A stretch of 64,000 nt of DNA from the human T2T-CHM13v2.0 reference genome, Homo sapiens: assembly GCF_009914755.1 (NCBI RefSeq), contig NC_060936.1, one strand, 5' to 3'. Each line of letters starts with the position of its first letter. Within the stretch, counting starts at the first letter, position 1. This document shows, one piece after another, positions 1 to 16,097 of this stretch. The translations under genes were made by a program, and so were the position numbers. Below the pieces are notes generated by a model. The model was not told the origin of the DNA and did no database searches. It worked only from the letters and a program-made list of their open reading frames with translations.

Positions 1-1417
1 AAGTGGAAATACAGATCCAGAAAGCCTAAAGAATCCAAAAGAAGATGAACCTAAAGTAACCCACGTCAAGACACTTTATAACGAAATTATCAAAAGTCAA
101 GGGCAGAATGTTGAAAACAGCAAGAGAAAAGCAACTTGCCACATATAAGTGAATACCTGTAAAACTATCAGCAGATTTTTCAGCAGAAATATAGGCCAAA
201 AAAGAGTGGAATGAATTATTTAAACTATTGAAAGAAAAAAAGTTTAAAAAGCTGCCAACCAAGAATACTATATTCAGCAAAAGCATTCTTCAAAAAAATA
301 AAGAGACATAGACTCTTCCATATAAACAAAAGATGAAGAAATTCACTACCACTACATCTGCCTTAGAAGAAATGCTAAAGAGATGTCTTCTAGTTGAAGT
401 AAAAAGGCATTGAAAAGCAACACAGCATAATAAATTATAAAACTTGTCAGTAAAGGTAAATATATAGACAAATATAGAAAACTATTATTGTAATGGTGTT
501 GAAGAAATTACTTGTTAGTATAAGAGTCAAAAGACAAAAGTATTAAAAGTAACTACAACTACAAAGTATGTTTATGCATACACAATATAAATGGATGTAA
601 ACTGTATTATCAATAACATGAAGTGTGGATGGGAATTAATAACAACAGGCTTTTTCTATGTGAATGAAGTTAAGTTGTTAGCTTAAAATAGGCTATTATA
701 TTTTATGTAAGGCCTATGATAATCAAAAGTAAAATACCTATAAAAGTAACAAAAAAAGGAGAGGTAGGGAGAGAAAAAATAATTCTTAAAAATAACTACA
801 AAAAATTATAGAAAGTATTGAATTTCTATAAAATTCTAGAAACACAAAGAAAGATCACAAGAAAAAAAAGGGACCAAATGAATGTAAGACAAAAAAAATT
901 AAAATGTCAATAGTAAATTTTTCCCTATCAATAATTACTATAAATATAAATGAATTAAACTCTTCAATCAGAAGACAGAGAGTGGCTGAATGAATAAACA
1001 AGATCCAACCATATGCTATCTACAAGAAACTTACTTTAGATTTAAGGAAATCAATCGAAGATTGACAATGAAGGGATGGAAAAAGATATTTCAAACAAAT
1101 GGCAACAAAAAGAGTGCAGAAGTAGCTATACTTATATCAGATAAAATAGACTTTGAAGTCAAAAACACAATAGGAGACCCCAATACCCCTGCTTTTTATA
1201 ATACATGGAACAATTAGACAGAAAATCAACAAAGAAAACATTTAACAACATTATAGACAACATGAACCTAACAGACATTTACAGAGCATTCCACCCAACA
1301 GCTGGAGAATACCCATTATTCTCAAGCATACATAGAGCATTCTCTAGGATAGATTACATGTTAGCTTACAAAACAAATATTAACAAATTTAAGAAGATTG
1401 AAATTATACCATATCTT
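1..1417 (+). mobile_element. Old L1 (L1M-type) fragment: end of ORF1, spacer, start of ORF2 endonuclease
   Basis: Degenerate peptides QDPTICYLQET, VAILISDKIDF, LTDIYRAFHP and FSRIDYML. Confidence 0.85.
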
Positions 1418-1628
1418 AAAATATCTTCTAATTTGCCCTTTGATTTCTTATTTGACCCACTGATTGTTGAAAAATGTGTTGTTTAATTTTCACATATTTA
1501 CAATTTTCCAATTTTCCTTCTGCTATTAATTTCTAGATTCATTCCATTATAATACAAGAAGATACTTGGTGCAATTTCAATCTTCTTAAATTTGTTCATA
1601 CTTGTTTTGTAACCTAACATGATCAATA
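1418..1628 (-). mobile_element. Inverted old L1 ORF2 fragment
   Basis: The reverse complement overlaps and then continues the ORF2 region where the forward copy stops. Confidence 0.8.
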
Positions 1629-2815
1629 TGCTCCTTTGTGATTAAAGAATGGGTAAGACAACTATCTGGAGGAGAAGGAAAAAGCAATATTGAATCAGGA
1701 ATTTTGGTTTTGATTAGGAAAGGTTATATGAAGCTACTGATGTTCTTCATGTAGACTTCCTTGCTATTAAATTGGCAAAAGAGGAAGATGGCCGAATAGG
1801 AACACCTCAGGTCTACAGCTCCCAGCGTGAGTGATGCAGAAGACAGGTGATTTCTGCATTTCCATCTGAGGTACTGGTTTCATCTCACTAGGGAGTGCCA
1901 GACAGTGGGTGCAGGACAGTGGGTGCAGCGCACCGTGTGCTAGCCGAAGCAGGGTAAGGCATTGCCTCACTCGGGAAGTGCAAGGGGTCAGGGAGTTCCC
2001 TTTCCTAGTCAAAGAAAGGGGTGACAGATGGCACCTGGAAAATCGGGTCACTCCCACCCTAATACTGCGCTTTTCCAATAGGCTTAAAAAATGACACACC
2101 AGATTACATCCCGCACCTGGCTTGGAGGGTCCTACACCCACGGAGTCTCACTGATTGCTAGCACAGCAGTCTGAGATAAAACTGTAAGGTGGCAGTGAGG
2201 CTGGGGGAGGGGCGCCTGCTATTGCCCAGGCTTGATTAGGCAAACAAAGCATCCGGGAAGCTCGAACTGGGTGGAGCCCACCACAGCTCAAGGAGGCCTG
2301 CCTGCCTCTGTAGGCTCCACCTCTGGGGACAGGGCACAGACAAACAAAAAGACAGCAGTAACCTCTTCAGACTTAAATGTCCCTGTCTGACAGCTTTGAA
2401 GAGAGCAGTGGTTCTCCCAGCATGCAGCTGGAGATCTGAGAACGGGCAGACTGCCTCCTCAAATGGGTCCCTGACCCCCGAGCAGCCTAACTGGGAGGCA
2501 CCCCCCAGTAGAGACAGACTGACACCTCACACAGCTGGGTACTCCCCTGAGACAAAACTTCCAGAGGAACAATCAGGCAGCAGCATTTGCGGATCACCAA
2601 TATCCGCTGTTCTACAGCCACCGCTCTTCTGCAGCCACCGCTGCTGAAACCCAGACAAACAGCGTCTGAAGTGGACCTCCAGCAAACTCCAACCGACCTG
2701 CAGCTGAGGGTCCTGTCTGTTAGAAGGAAAACTAACAAACAGAAAGGACACCCACACCAAAAACCCATCTGTACATCACCATCATCAAAGACCAAAAGTA
2801 GATAAAACCACAAAG

Positions 2816-3832
2816 ATGGGGAAAAAACAGAGCAGAAAAACTGGAAACTCTAAAAAGCAGTGTGCCTCTCCTCCTCCAAAGGAATGCAGCTCCTCACCAG
2901 CAATGGAACAAAGCTGGATGGAGAATGACTTTGACGAGTTGAGAGAAGAAGGCTTCAGATGATCAAACTACTCCGAGCTACAGGAGGAAATTAAAATGAA
3001 TGGCAAAGAAGTTAAAAACTTTGAAAAAAAATTAGACGAATGGATACCTAGAATAACCAATGCAGAGACGTCCTTAAAGGACCTGATGGAGCTGAAAGCC
3101 AAGGCTCAAGAACTACATGAAGAATACAGCAGCCCCAGGAGCCGATGCGATCAACTGGAAGAAAGGGTATCAGTGATGGAAGATGAAATGAATGCAATGA
3201 AGCGGGAAGGGAAGTTCAGAGAAAAAAGAATAAAAAGAAATGAACAAAGCCTCCAAGAAATATGGGACTATGTGAAAAGACCAAATCTATGTCTGATTGG
3301 TGTACCTGAAAGTGACAGGGAGAATGGAACCAAGTTGGAAAACACTATGCAGGATATTATCCAGGAGAACTTCCCCAATCTAGCAAGGCAGGCCAACATT
3401 CAGATTCAGGAAATACAGAGAACACCACAAAGATACTCTTCAAGAAGAGCAACTCCAAGACACATAATTGTCAGATTCACCAAAGTTGAAATGAAGGAAA
3501 AAATGTTAAGGGCAGCCAGAGAGAAAGGTCAGGTTACCCACAAAGGGAAGCCCATCAGACTAACAGCGGATCTCTCAGCAGAAACTCTACAAGCCAGAAG
3601 AGAGTGGGGGCCAATATTCAACATTCTTAAAGAAAAGAATTTTCAACCCAGAATTTCATATCCAGCCAAACTAAGCTTCATAAGTGAAGGAGAAATAAAA
3701 TCCTTTACAGACAAGCAAATGCTGAGAGATTTTGTCACCACCAGGCCTGCCCTAAAGGAGCTCCTGAAGGAAGCACTAAACATGGAAAGGAACAACCAGT
3801 ACCAGCCACTGCAAAAACATGCCAAAATGTAA
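2816..3832 (+). pseudogene. L1 ORF1p, full 338-codon span with premature TGA at codon 49
   Basis: ATG GGG AAA AAA CAG at 2816; TGA at 2960-2962; ends LQKHAKM*. Confidence 0.93.
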
Positions 3833-3895
3833 AGACCATCAATGCTAGGAAGAAACTGCATCAACTAATGAGCAAAATAACCAGCTAACATCATA

Positions 3896-6335
<2,440 letters not shown>

Positions 6336-6541
6336 TACATGAGTATATTTTACATTGTTTTCAAATATAAGGTAATATGCATTTATGAGGTAAAATACAT
6401 TGTTTTCAAATATAAGAACAAAAATAATATAAGAAAAATAGAGAAATGTGATAAGCCTAGACTGGTTGTAAGTCAAAAATGGCAACTGTGTAAATTGCTT
6501 TAAATAACTATATTGTGCTGATATAAAATTCTAGTACTTAC

Positions 6542-6624
6542 CTCTTCAAGAAATGGACAATCATCAAAGCTGCCCCCAAAGAAATGCTCTGTCAATTTCA
6601 TGGGTTTTAGGATCTGATGGAAAT
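6542..6624 (-). pseudogene. GH31 pseudo-exon J (83 nt): FPSDPKTHEIDRAFLWG/ALMI/PFLEE
   Basis: Acceptor gtctag, donor gtaagt; two single-base deletions (83 nt rather than 85). Confidence 0.9.
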
Positions 6625-7385
6625 CTAGACTTTTAGAATGAAAACCCATTACTTTAATCAAACTTATGTCTTTGTATAATTAATTACAGTTTTATTCAAC
6701 CAACTTTTGTTCATAGTGATCAATACCAAAATGACCAAAACAGTAAAAACAGGGAAAGTTCTGGGGTACAAGCAGTGTTTTAGAAATAAAAATCTAGTCA
6801 TCAAGTGAAGTAACTGGCATCAATTGTCTTCCCTCACCCAAAGATAATTAGGTATTAAAGCTAAGGTCAAAATAGTGTCAAGTAATTAAATTGTCTATGT
6901 TTTTGTTGTTGTTGCACCTTTTTGCACCCTGAACATTCTTCAAGTATTCAGCATCAATCCCCCCTTCTACACAGAGCTATTCCTATTTCATTCATGTTAA
7001 CCTTACCTTTCTTTGAAATTTTACTGCATTCTATAGCTTGTGCCACACACTCAGGATATAAATATATAATGTTCTACATTGTAATCATTTTTTTCCCAAA
7101 TTTGTTATAATCCTCCCAGTTCTCTATGGAAAAGAATCATTTCATCTTTTTATATATTACACACACTATTTAGACAACAAGATACAGCCTTCCCTTTTTG
7201 ATAATTGGTTGTTTTCTTAACTAAATTCTCCAAATTTGTAAATCATTTGTAATCACAGTCAGAAGAGAAAAACTGATTTTCTCATTTTTAACCTCCAAAA
7301 CAATTGCCTTAGTAGAAAAACTCAGACTTACAGGATCTAAATGGTAGAAAATCTAAGACCTGAGTAACTATTAAATATTACTTAC

Positions 7386-7853
7386 TCATGCATCAATCCT
7401 CTGACCACTGTATGTCCCCTGACATGAGAATGGTAGAAAAGGGTGTATTAGTAAGGCAGCAATAGGCCGGGCTCAGTGGCTCATGCCTGTGATCCTAGCA
7501 CTTTAGGAGGCTAAGGCAGGCGGATCACAAGGTCATGAGTTTGAGATCAGCCTGATCAACGTGGTGAAACCCTGTCTCTACTAAAAATACAAAAATTAAC
7601 CGGGCATGGTGGTGCGCACCTGTTATCTCAGCTACTCAGGAGGCTGAGGCAGGACAATGGCTTGAACCCAAGAGGTGGAGGTTGCAGTGAGCCGAGATGG
7701 CACCACTGCAACCACTGCACTCCAGCCTGGGCGACAGAGTGAGACTTCATCTCAAAAAAAAAAAAAAAAGTACGGCAGAAATAAGTATCTAATCCTTAAT
7801 GGAGAATGAGAAATTGCAGTAAACTCTTCTCCAAACACTCCAGGATCTTGTTC
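7386..7853 (-). pseudogene. GH31 pseudo-exon I (149 nt after removing the Alu and one TSD): [49 protein letters not shown]
   Basis: Acceptor tttaatag, donor gtaagt; split by the Alu at 7465-7769; TAA at 7448-7450. Confidence 0.94.
7465..7769 (+). mobile_element. Alu (AluSg-like) inserted in pseudo-exon I
   Basis: Full dimer with polyA; TSD agtaaggcagcaata / agtacggcagaaata. Confidence 0.95.
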
Positions 7854-8669
7854 CTATTAAAAAGCAACATTTTAACACACTTATTAACTAAAGTGTTAAT
7901 TTGTAAAGCTTTTTTTTTTCTTTTTGGGGGTGTTAAGGAGAAGCAGACAATTTTTGAATATTATTTCAATATTATTGAATATTATTTCTCTCTACTTGAA
8001 AGCCTTTCACCAAGGTAGATTATTACAGAGTTGTTTCTCAATTAAATGTACTCTACAAAGTTCATATATTGTAGTGTGTACTATATAGTCTCTATGCCCA
8101 GCTCCCAGCAAAGCCTCAAATAATTTCTCAATAGAATTACTGTAACTTCTCTTTAAGGGAGTGGGGGACTTCACAGTCATTTGACTGAGAAATAATTCTG
8201 CCTTCAGACTGAAGAGAGAATCTTGCACAAGATCACACTATAATCTGCCTGCCATCAAAACAAAGTCTTGTAATTTGGTCAATTACTGGGCTGCTGAGGA
8301 TAATTTCAAATATCATACATTTGTATGTTGCTACCTGTGTCATAAAGTGAAAGATTTTTCACAGCTTATTTTAAATGATGTAATATGCTCCCTCTTGTAG
8401 AAATTATAAACAATGCATTTTCAAAAACAATTTTAGAAAAGCTATTTCTCCAAAATATATTTCTTGGCATTCTCTCTCACAGTTCTTGATAAAATGAATG
8501 ACATGCAAAATATTTTTTCAAAAAAAAATCACATATTTTTGAAAGCTGTCAAAGAACAGTTCGATTTTTATTCATATTTTAATGACTGTATACATTTTTT
8601 TCTAACCCAAGTTTCTAATTACAGATTAATACTGAGCATGGCAGTTATTTTAAATTGACTGTCACTTGC

Positions 8670-8786
8670 CTTATTTCCAATGGCCTTATTGTTTCTGGAA
8701 AAGGGATAGAAGGCCCCAAATTGCATCCAATGCAGGCAAAATTCATAAGTTGTCTCTTCATTAAACCCACATATATCAGCTCCTAC
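8670..8786 (-). pseudogene. GH31 pseudo-exon H (117 nt): [39 protein letters not shown]
   Basis: Acceptor tttccccag; frame open; donor AG/gcaagt (GC type). Confidence 0.96.
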
Positions 8787-10248
8787 CTGGGGAAACATTT
8801 ATCGACTTCAAAATATATCAGTCATTAATTTTGTCAAGAAAACCACTCTGAAATTTTTCAGGTTACACTATTTTGAATTGACAAATATGTTTAAGACCAC
8901 AAGGATATCATATTCACATATAATCTGACAGTGTAAATGTCTTCTTTGAGAAGAGTGTATGGAATAAAATAGTGACAAGTCCTGCTTATGCAGCCTTGAT
9001 TGAAAGAAAACTGTGGGCTACATCGTGGTACAAGCAGGGAGTCTTTTGGGTAATCCAATTTACATTAAAATGCTTATTTTCAAGTGCAGTGCTGTAAATT
9101 TCCTGTCTCAATATAAACTAAAAGACAGAATTTTCACAATGTGTTTAGCTAACACAAGAGCCTTAGTAGTTGACTACTCAAGCTGGGACAAAAGGGCACA
9201 GGATTATTGCACCTGACTATACTCTCTTTGTAAATCACAGATTACAGATACTTTGCTTCCTGACGTCTAATGATGGCCTCTCACAGTGCTCAAATTGTTT
9301 TATTTCAGAGCTCTTCTTGTTCTCTCAGAAATACAACCTTTAACCCCAAAGCTGTGGTTAATGTCAAGGCTTATAGGTTAAAAAGTCATAAAGAAGTACA
9401 GCATGGAGTCATAAAATGTGTTGATTACGATAAAAATGTTCTTCAAACGACAGAGGTTGTACTGTGTGCTCCACTAAATTATAAGGCCTTCTCTGGAGAA
9501 AAAAACAGTTCATGTTACCTTTCTCTCTGAAGCTGCTTATTAAAAGTTTGGCTTCTGTCGTTTTCTGATCCATACACAACTTAAAGCTATATTTCTTTGT
9601 CAATATTTAGCAATTCTTCTTTGAATGTAGCTAATGCATCACTTGAACAACAAATGCAATTCTTGCTAAATTTCAGAGTAGATCATTATATTTGTAGCTT
9701 TCCAAAATAAGGCAAATAATGCTCTATACTTTTATTTTAAAATGTCATTGAGATATGGAAAAACTGTTATGATAAAATGTTCTGATTTAGTAACATAGCA
9801 GCAAATTATTTAATAGTTCAATTGTTTATTTATCACTAGAGCTCAGATAAGGGAGTATTTTACTGTGTATTTAAAGCATTTTGTTAGCTTCTTTGCACTT
9901 CCTCCTTTCATAGGAGATGGAGACACCCCTGGCATGAATTTTCTATCCGAATTATCTGTCCTTCTTTTTTCCCCATTATCTATGTGTTTTAAAATAATAG
10001 GTTGTAGAAGAATCATGGATATGGTAGGGGGAGAAATGAGTGGCAGAGGAGATAAACTTTACCAGTTTTACCATGACCAAGTACTTTAGTGACTTAAGAA
10101 AAAAAGAACAAAAAATAATTTAGAAAGATGCGGTACTCCTGAGATCTACACAGGTTAAAAGAATTTCTACAGTGACAAAATGAAGTGTATTATTTGTAAT
10201 GTCCTGAAAATATGTAATCTACTCATTTAATTTTAAAACTTACATATG

Positions 10249-10729
<481 letters not shown>

Positions 10730-11340
10730 CTGGAGGAAACATCAGAAAAGTTGTCTTCAATATTATTCTAAAATGATCCTTTTTTTTTCACTAACGAAAC
10801 ACATGGTTTTAAAATATATTAATGATTCCCTAATATTCATGTAATTCAAATATTTTATCAAAAGTATAAAACTGTGTGAACATGAAATGGAAGAAATAAA
10901 TAAAAAGGAAGTTATATTTAAGCTATTATACACATTTTATGGAGAAAAAAAGCTGTTAAAAGCCAATGCTAAGTATCCAAACCAAATTTTCTTGCACTAA
11001 ACTCTTCTTGTAAGTTATGCTATAGTTCAGGGGTTTTCAACCATGGTTTTATGTTAGAAATTTCTAGAAGCTTAAAAAAAATGCCAAGGCTCCATTCCTA
11101 ATCAATTAAATCAAAATATCTAGGGCTGGGACTTGGAAATCAGCATTTTTAAAAATTCTGTGTGATTCTAATATGGCAGCCATGGTGCCTGTTATACTAA
11201 TGTTGGAAATGCTAGTAATTTTCTTTTGATAATTGATTATATTTACCTAGTGAATCTTTACATGTTTACCTATTTTAGCAGCATTATTTTAAGTTTTACT
11301 TTGGTTATTTTTTGTTTGAATTTAACTTGTATGTTTGGCC

Positions 11341-11613
<273 letters not shown>

Positions 11614-13732
11614 AACCAATAAATCAAGAAAAAATTGAAATGGGCATTGCAATCTACAGATCAAGTTTAAACTCCATTATCTCTTCCATGAAAAATATTT
11701 GTAACTTTGAGCAAGTTACTTAACAACTATAAAATGAAGCTAATAATACTTAACTTCACAGGACTGCTGTAATGTTTAAAAGAATATATATATATCACAA
11801 CAGCACTTAACAAGTAAATTGTGCTGAGCAGTTACAGCTGCAAAACTACTTCATCCTAGCTAAACAACTTGAATCTCATTTTTAGCCATTATTTACCCAG
11901 AACTTCAGGACCAATTATTCTGTCTCTCAAGGATAAAATAATGAGAAAAAAAAGAAAAGTTGAATTGATTGATGACATTGAATGATAGAAGCTCTACTAA
12001 TAAATTCAGTAGACACTCCTATTGCCTTATCAAGGTGAATCTTGCTAGTGCTTCCATTTAAAATGGTTACGTCCTTCAGGAAAAATGTTCATTGTTTGAT
12101 TTTAGTGAAGTTCAGAATTTGGAAGTCATGTTCACTTTATCTCAGAGAATGAAAAGTGTTCAGATATGTATCTCTCAACACTGAAAAGAAATACATGTCT
12201 AAACTTTTTCCTCTTCTATCCCTCCCCCTTCCCCTTCTCCCCCTTACTTAAACTTCTTTATGAGTTAGATACAAGTAGCAGTTTCATGGACCTAGGACCT
12301 AGGTGTGTGTGGTACATTCTAAAGTCTGAAGAACTGACTAGACATCTAGAATCCTTATTAAAATAGGATAAATGAACCTAAAGTAGCTATAAACCACTCT
12401 CTGTTTTATAGCCTTGACATATGATTCTATTTTTCTAATGTATTATTACTTTTATATTAAAGGTAACTTCTTTTTTACCAGTCCATGAGTAATATTTTGG
12501 CAGATATATTTAATTGCCATATTTTAAAAATATATGTTCAGAACTTTGTCCATCAAGTTTACTAGATAGTTTGTATATTTTGTTTTCGGTCAAATCAAAA
12601 CCTAAGAATTTTTCAGTAGTAGTTAAGAGAGCCCGGTTAAATGTCTCATGTTCATCTTTAGCTCTGTAATTATCTATTATTTTCACCAAACAAATTTCAC
12701 GACATTTCCTGAATGTAATGGTCTAGAAAAATGGCTCTATTCCAAAACATGAAAATGGCATATACTTGGATATGACCTAAATAAGCAGTTCTATCTTGAT
12801 TCTCATACCTTAAAACTAGTATTTCTGAGAACTCACTCTGTAAATCAGACAGGCTGATTCTATCAATCATATATATTTTACCCATGTTTATGACATCTTG
12901 TCAAAGTACTGTAATAAACCTGAATTGAAATGAAAACCTGTTTTAAACAGACAAGGATGCAGTAAATGGAAACACAGTGTTCTATCCCTGAGCCCATAAA
13001 CCCATTTTTACTAATGCAGGCTAGGAGAGTCTCCTAGTAGACACACACAGGAAAAGACAGAAATAATGCAACACAGTAAACCCTCATTAGAGGAACAGCA
13101 TGAATCAGGTGGTCACGGATAAGTTGCTTCAAGATCTGGGATTGTTAACTCCAGGAGGGAAAAGGTTTTGTCTGCCAAGCTTGGAGTGTACTGCACTCAG
13201 TGTAACAACATGCATAAATCCTGACTTATGACTCTAATGGTAGGGACTTTACACATCAATATTTAATCAGGTTTAAAAATGGCTCTATTCAGAGCTAATA
13301 GTATAAGTGATAATTTAGTCGAAGCAAGATAAAGGCAACATTAGTGCACATAACCTTTAAAACTGTAGCATTTGTTAACAATTACATCCTACATTATAAA
13401 ATTGTTCCAAAATTCTGTTTCCTCCACCACTTATCTGAAATTTAGATTCGATTTTTGCCTGTCTTAGACAAGTTTTTGTGCTTCTATTAAGGCCATTTTA
13501 CTCTGCTTCTGTGCTGTTTAAATAGGTTGTTAGAAATACTTGTAAAATCAGCAAGATAAAACCTTAGAAAAGGAAGATTGTTTACTAGTCCTTAACAAAT
13601 TAAGAAATGATATAACAAAATGTAACATCTGCTGTAAACAATTTTTTCCCTATTTCTTAAATGGTATTTTAATAATAATTTTTGGGTATTAAAACATCAA
13701 GAACATTTCAAGAAGATTTACAAGCTACGCAG

Positions 13733-13845
13733 TAGAAAGTAAGTGCTGCTTGTGACCAGCCAGAAAATGTGTGTCATAATGATATCCCAGATAAGTCTTG
13801 GAATCAGGGCATGATGTTTCTGAGCCAAAAGTCTACCTGTGATAT
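13733..13845 (-). pseudogene. GH31 pseudo-exon F (113 nt): DITGRLLAQK/TSCPDSKTYLGYHYDTH/GWSQAALTF
   Basis: Acceptor catccttag; inferred -1 and -4 deletions; the expected phase-2 donor reads CTGCGT, so the 3' end is inferred. Confidence 0.85.
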
Positions 13846-14059
13846 CTAAGGATGAAACAAAATAAATATGCATACTTAACATAATCTAAATATCATTGTA
13901 TTTTATTCATCTATTTGCATGTTGGTTACCTTCACTAGTCTATGAGCTCTTTGGGAACAATAAATGTCTTTTTAATTAATGAAAACAGTGTTACCCTGAC
14001 ATGACAAAAATTTTAAATTGTATCCTGAATTTGAGACGTAGTTGAATATTAGTATCAAG

Positions 14060-15720
14060 ACAAAGGTGCATTTATCTCAGAAATATAAAACTAATTTATC
14101 ATTAAAAAAATCAAGCAACATGATTCATATATTAATATATTTTAAAAGAAGAATATAACTATCTCAAGAGATATAAAAAAGTGATAAATTCAACTTGATT
14201 ATTGATAAAAAATTTCTTAAATAGTAATAAAATAAAATAAAATTTTCTTAACCTTATTAAGATTAGCTACAAAAATATCTATAGTACATTTCATACATTA
14301 CTGTGAAATATTAAAAACACTTCAGCCAGGTGCAGTGGCTCACGCCTGTAATCCCAACCCTGGGATGCCAAGATGAGAGAATTTCTTGAGCCCAGGAATT
14401 CAAGGCTGCAGTTAGCTATGATCGCTCCACTGCACTCCAGCCTAGGCAGTAGAGTGACACTCTGCCTCTAAAATTTAAACAAAACAAAACAAAAAACAGT
14501 TAATTGAGATTGGGAACAAGAGAGTGCCTGCTGTCACCACTTTTATTCAATCCTGAACTCGAGTTCTCACCTAGGAATAAGTCAAGCAAAAAAACAAAAA
14601 AAAAGTGAAAAAGTTAGAATGGGAACCAATTCTATGGATCATTCACAGATAAGACTCTACCCAAAAATATCTTAAAATGTCATCAGATAAATTATGATAA
14701 TTAATATGACAGTATAGCAAGTTTTCCTGGTAAAAAATCAATATAAAAACACAATTACATTCCATAAATCAGCAACAAATAGTAAGTGAAAGCCTTAAAA
14801 GAGGGCCTTTAAAATAGCATCCAAATATAGAGAATCTAGAAATATGATTAACCAAATGAGTCAAAAACTTCATAAAGAAATTATAAACTTTTATGAAAAG
14901 TAATTTTAAAGACAAATACAGGATGAACAATACCATATCTTTGGAAACTGTATGAAGAAGATATTGATTCTTTCCAAATTGTTATATGGATTTAATGGCA
15001 ACAACAGCCAAAATACTCTTAAAGAAGGCCAAGGTGGGAAGACCTATTTTCTACCCTTTTTGATGACTTATTATAAATCATTAGAAATTAAAGCAGTGTC
15101 AAATTGGTTAAGGGAAAGAAAAATGAACCAATGAACAGAAAAAGTAGTGTAGAAGCAACACATAGTACACATGGATATCTATCACGAGAAAAAATAAGTA
15201 GTGCAGATCACTGGGGGAAAAGGATAGACTTTTCATTGGTTCTGGGACAATTCTTTCTCCACATAGAAAAAAATGAATTTATATTGTTATCACATACTTC
15301 TCAAAATCAACTCGAACTAGATTAAAGGCCCAAATGTGAAAGGGCAAAATTATAAAATACTTTTAAAATAATGTATCTTTATGACCACAGCTTCAAAAAT
15401 ATTGTTACAAATTGTTAAAGAAAAGGATTGGTAAATTTGACAATATTTTAGTTAAGAACCTGTGTTCAACAAGAGATACTAAAAAGAGCATGAAAATATA
15501 AGCCAGAAATTATCGGAGATATTTTAATACATATAACCAAAAAATCAGTATAAGAAAGCTCACGTCCCAACAGAAAAATGGGGAAAACACTTGAACCAGT
15601 CGATAAAACCTAAAAAGCTAACAAAGAGGAAACATGCTTAGTCTCATTTATAATCAGAAATATGCAAATTAAATACATACAGAGTTGACATTTCACACTC
15701 ACCACTTTGATAAAAATTGA
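14060..15720 (+). mobile_element. Ancient L1M ORF2 fragments containing an Alu monomer (FAM/FRAM-like, 14324-14497)
   Basis: A-rich, heavily decayed ORF2-like sequence; single Alu arm. Confidence 0.65.
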
Positions 15721-15796
15721 GATGACTGAGCAACAGGTTAACATGCCACCTTGCATTTGGTTCCTTTTCTTTTTTTTTTTAGTGGTTCAAATAATG

Positions 15797-16097
15797 TTTT
15801 TTTTATTTTTATTATTATTATACTTTAAGTTTTAGGGTACGTGTGCACAACGTGCAGGTTTGTTACATATGTATACATGTGCCATGTTGGTGTGCTGCAC
15901 CCATTAACTTGTCATTTAGCATTAGGTATATCTCCTAATGCTATCCCTCCCCCCTCCCCCCACCCCACAACAGTCCCCGGTGTGTGATGTTCCCCTTCCT
16001 GTGCCCATATGTTCTCATTGTTCAATTCCCACCTATGAGTGAGAACATGCGGTGTTTGGTTTTTTGTCCTTGCGTTAGTTTGCTGAGAATGATGGTT
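15797..16097 (-). mobile_element. Young L1PA 3' end, 5'-truncated
   Basis: ttattatactttaagttttagggtac...gtgcacaacgtgcagg is the antisense L1PA 3'UTR. Confidence 0.93.

Noticed and set aside
1767-2813. Several ORFs in the L1 5'UTR
   Set aside because: Repeat-derived frames; I could not support an intact ORF0.
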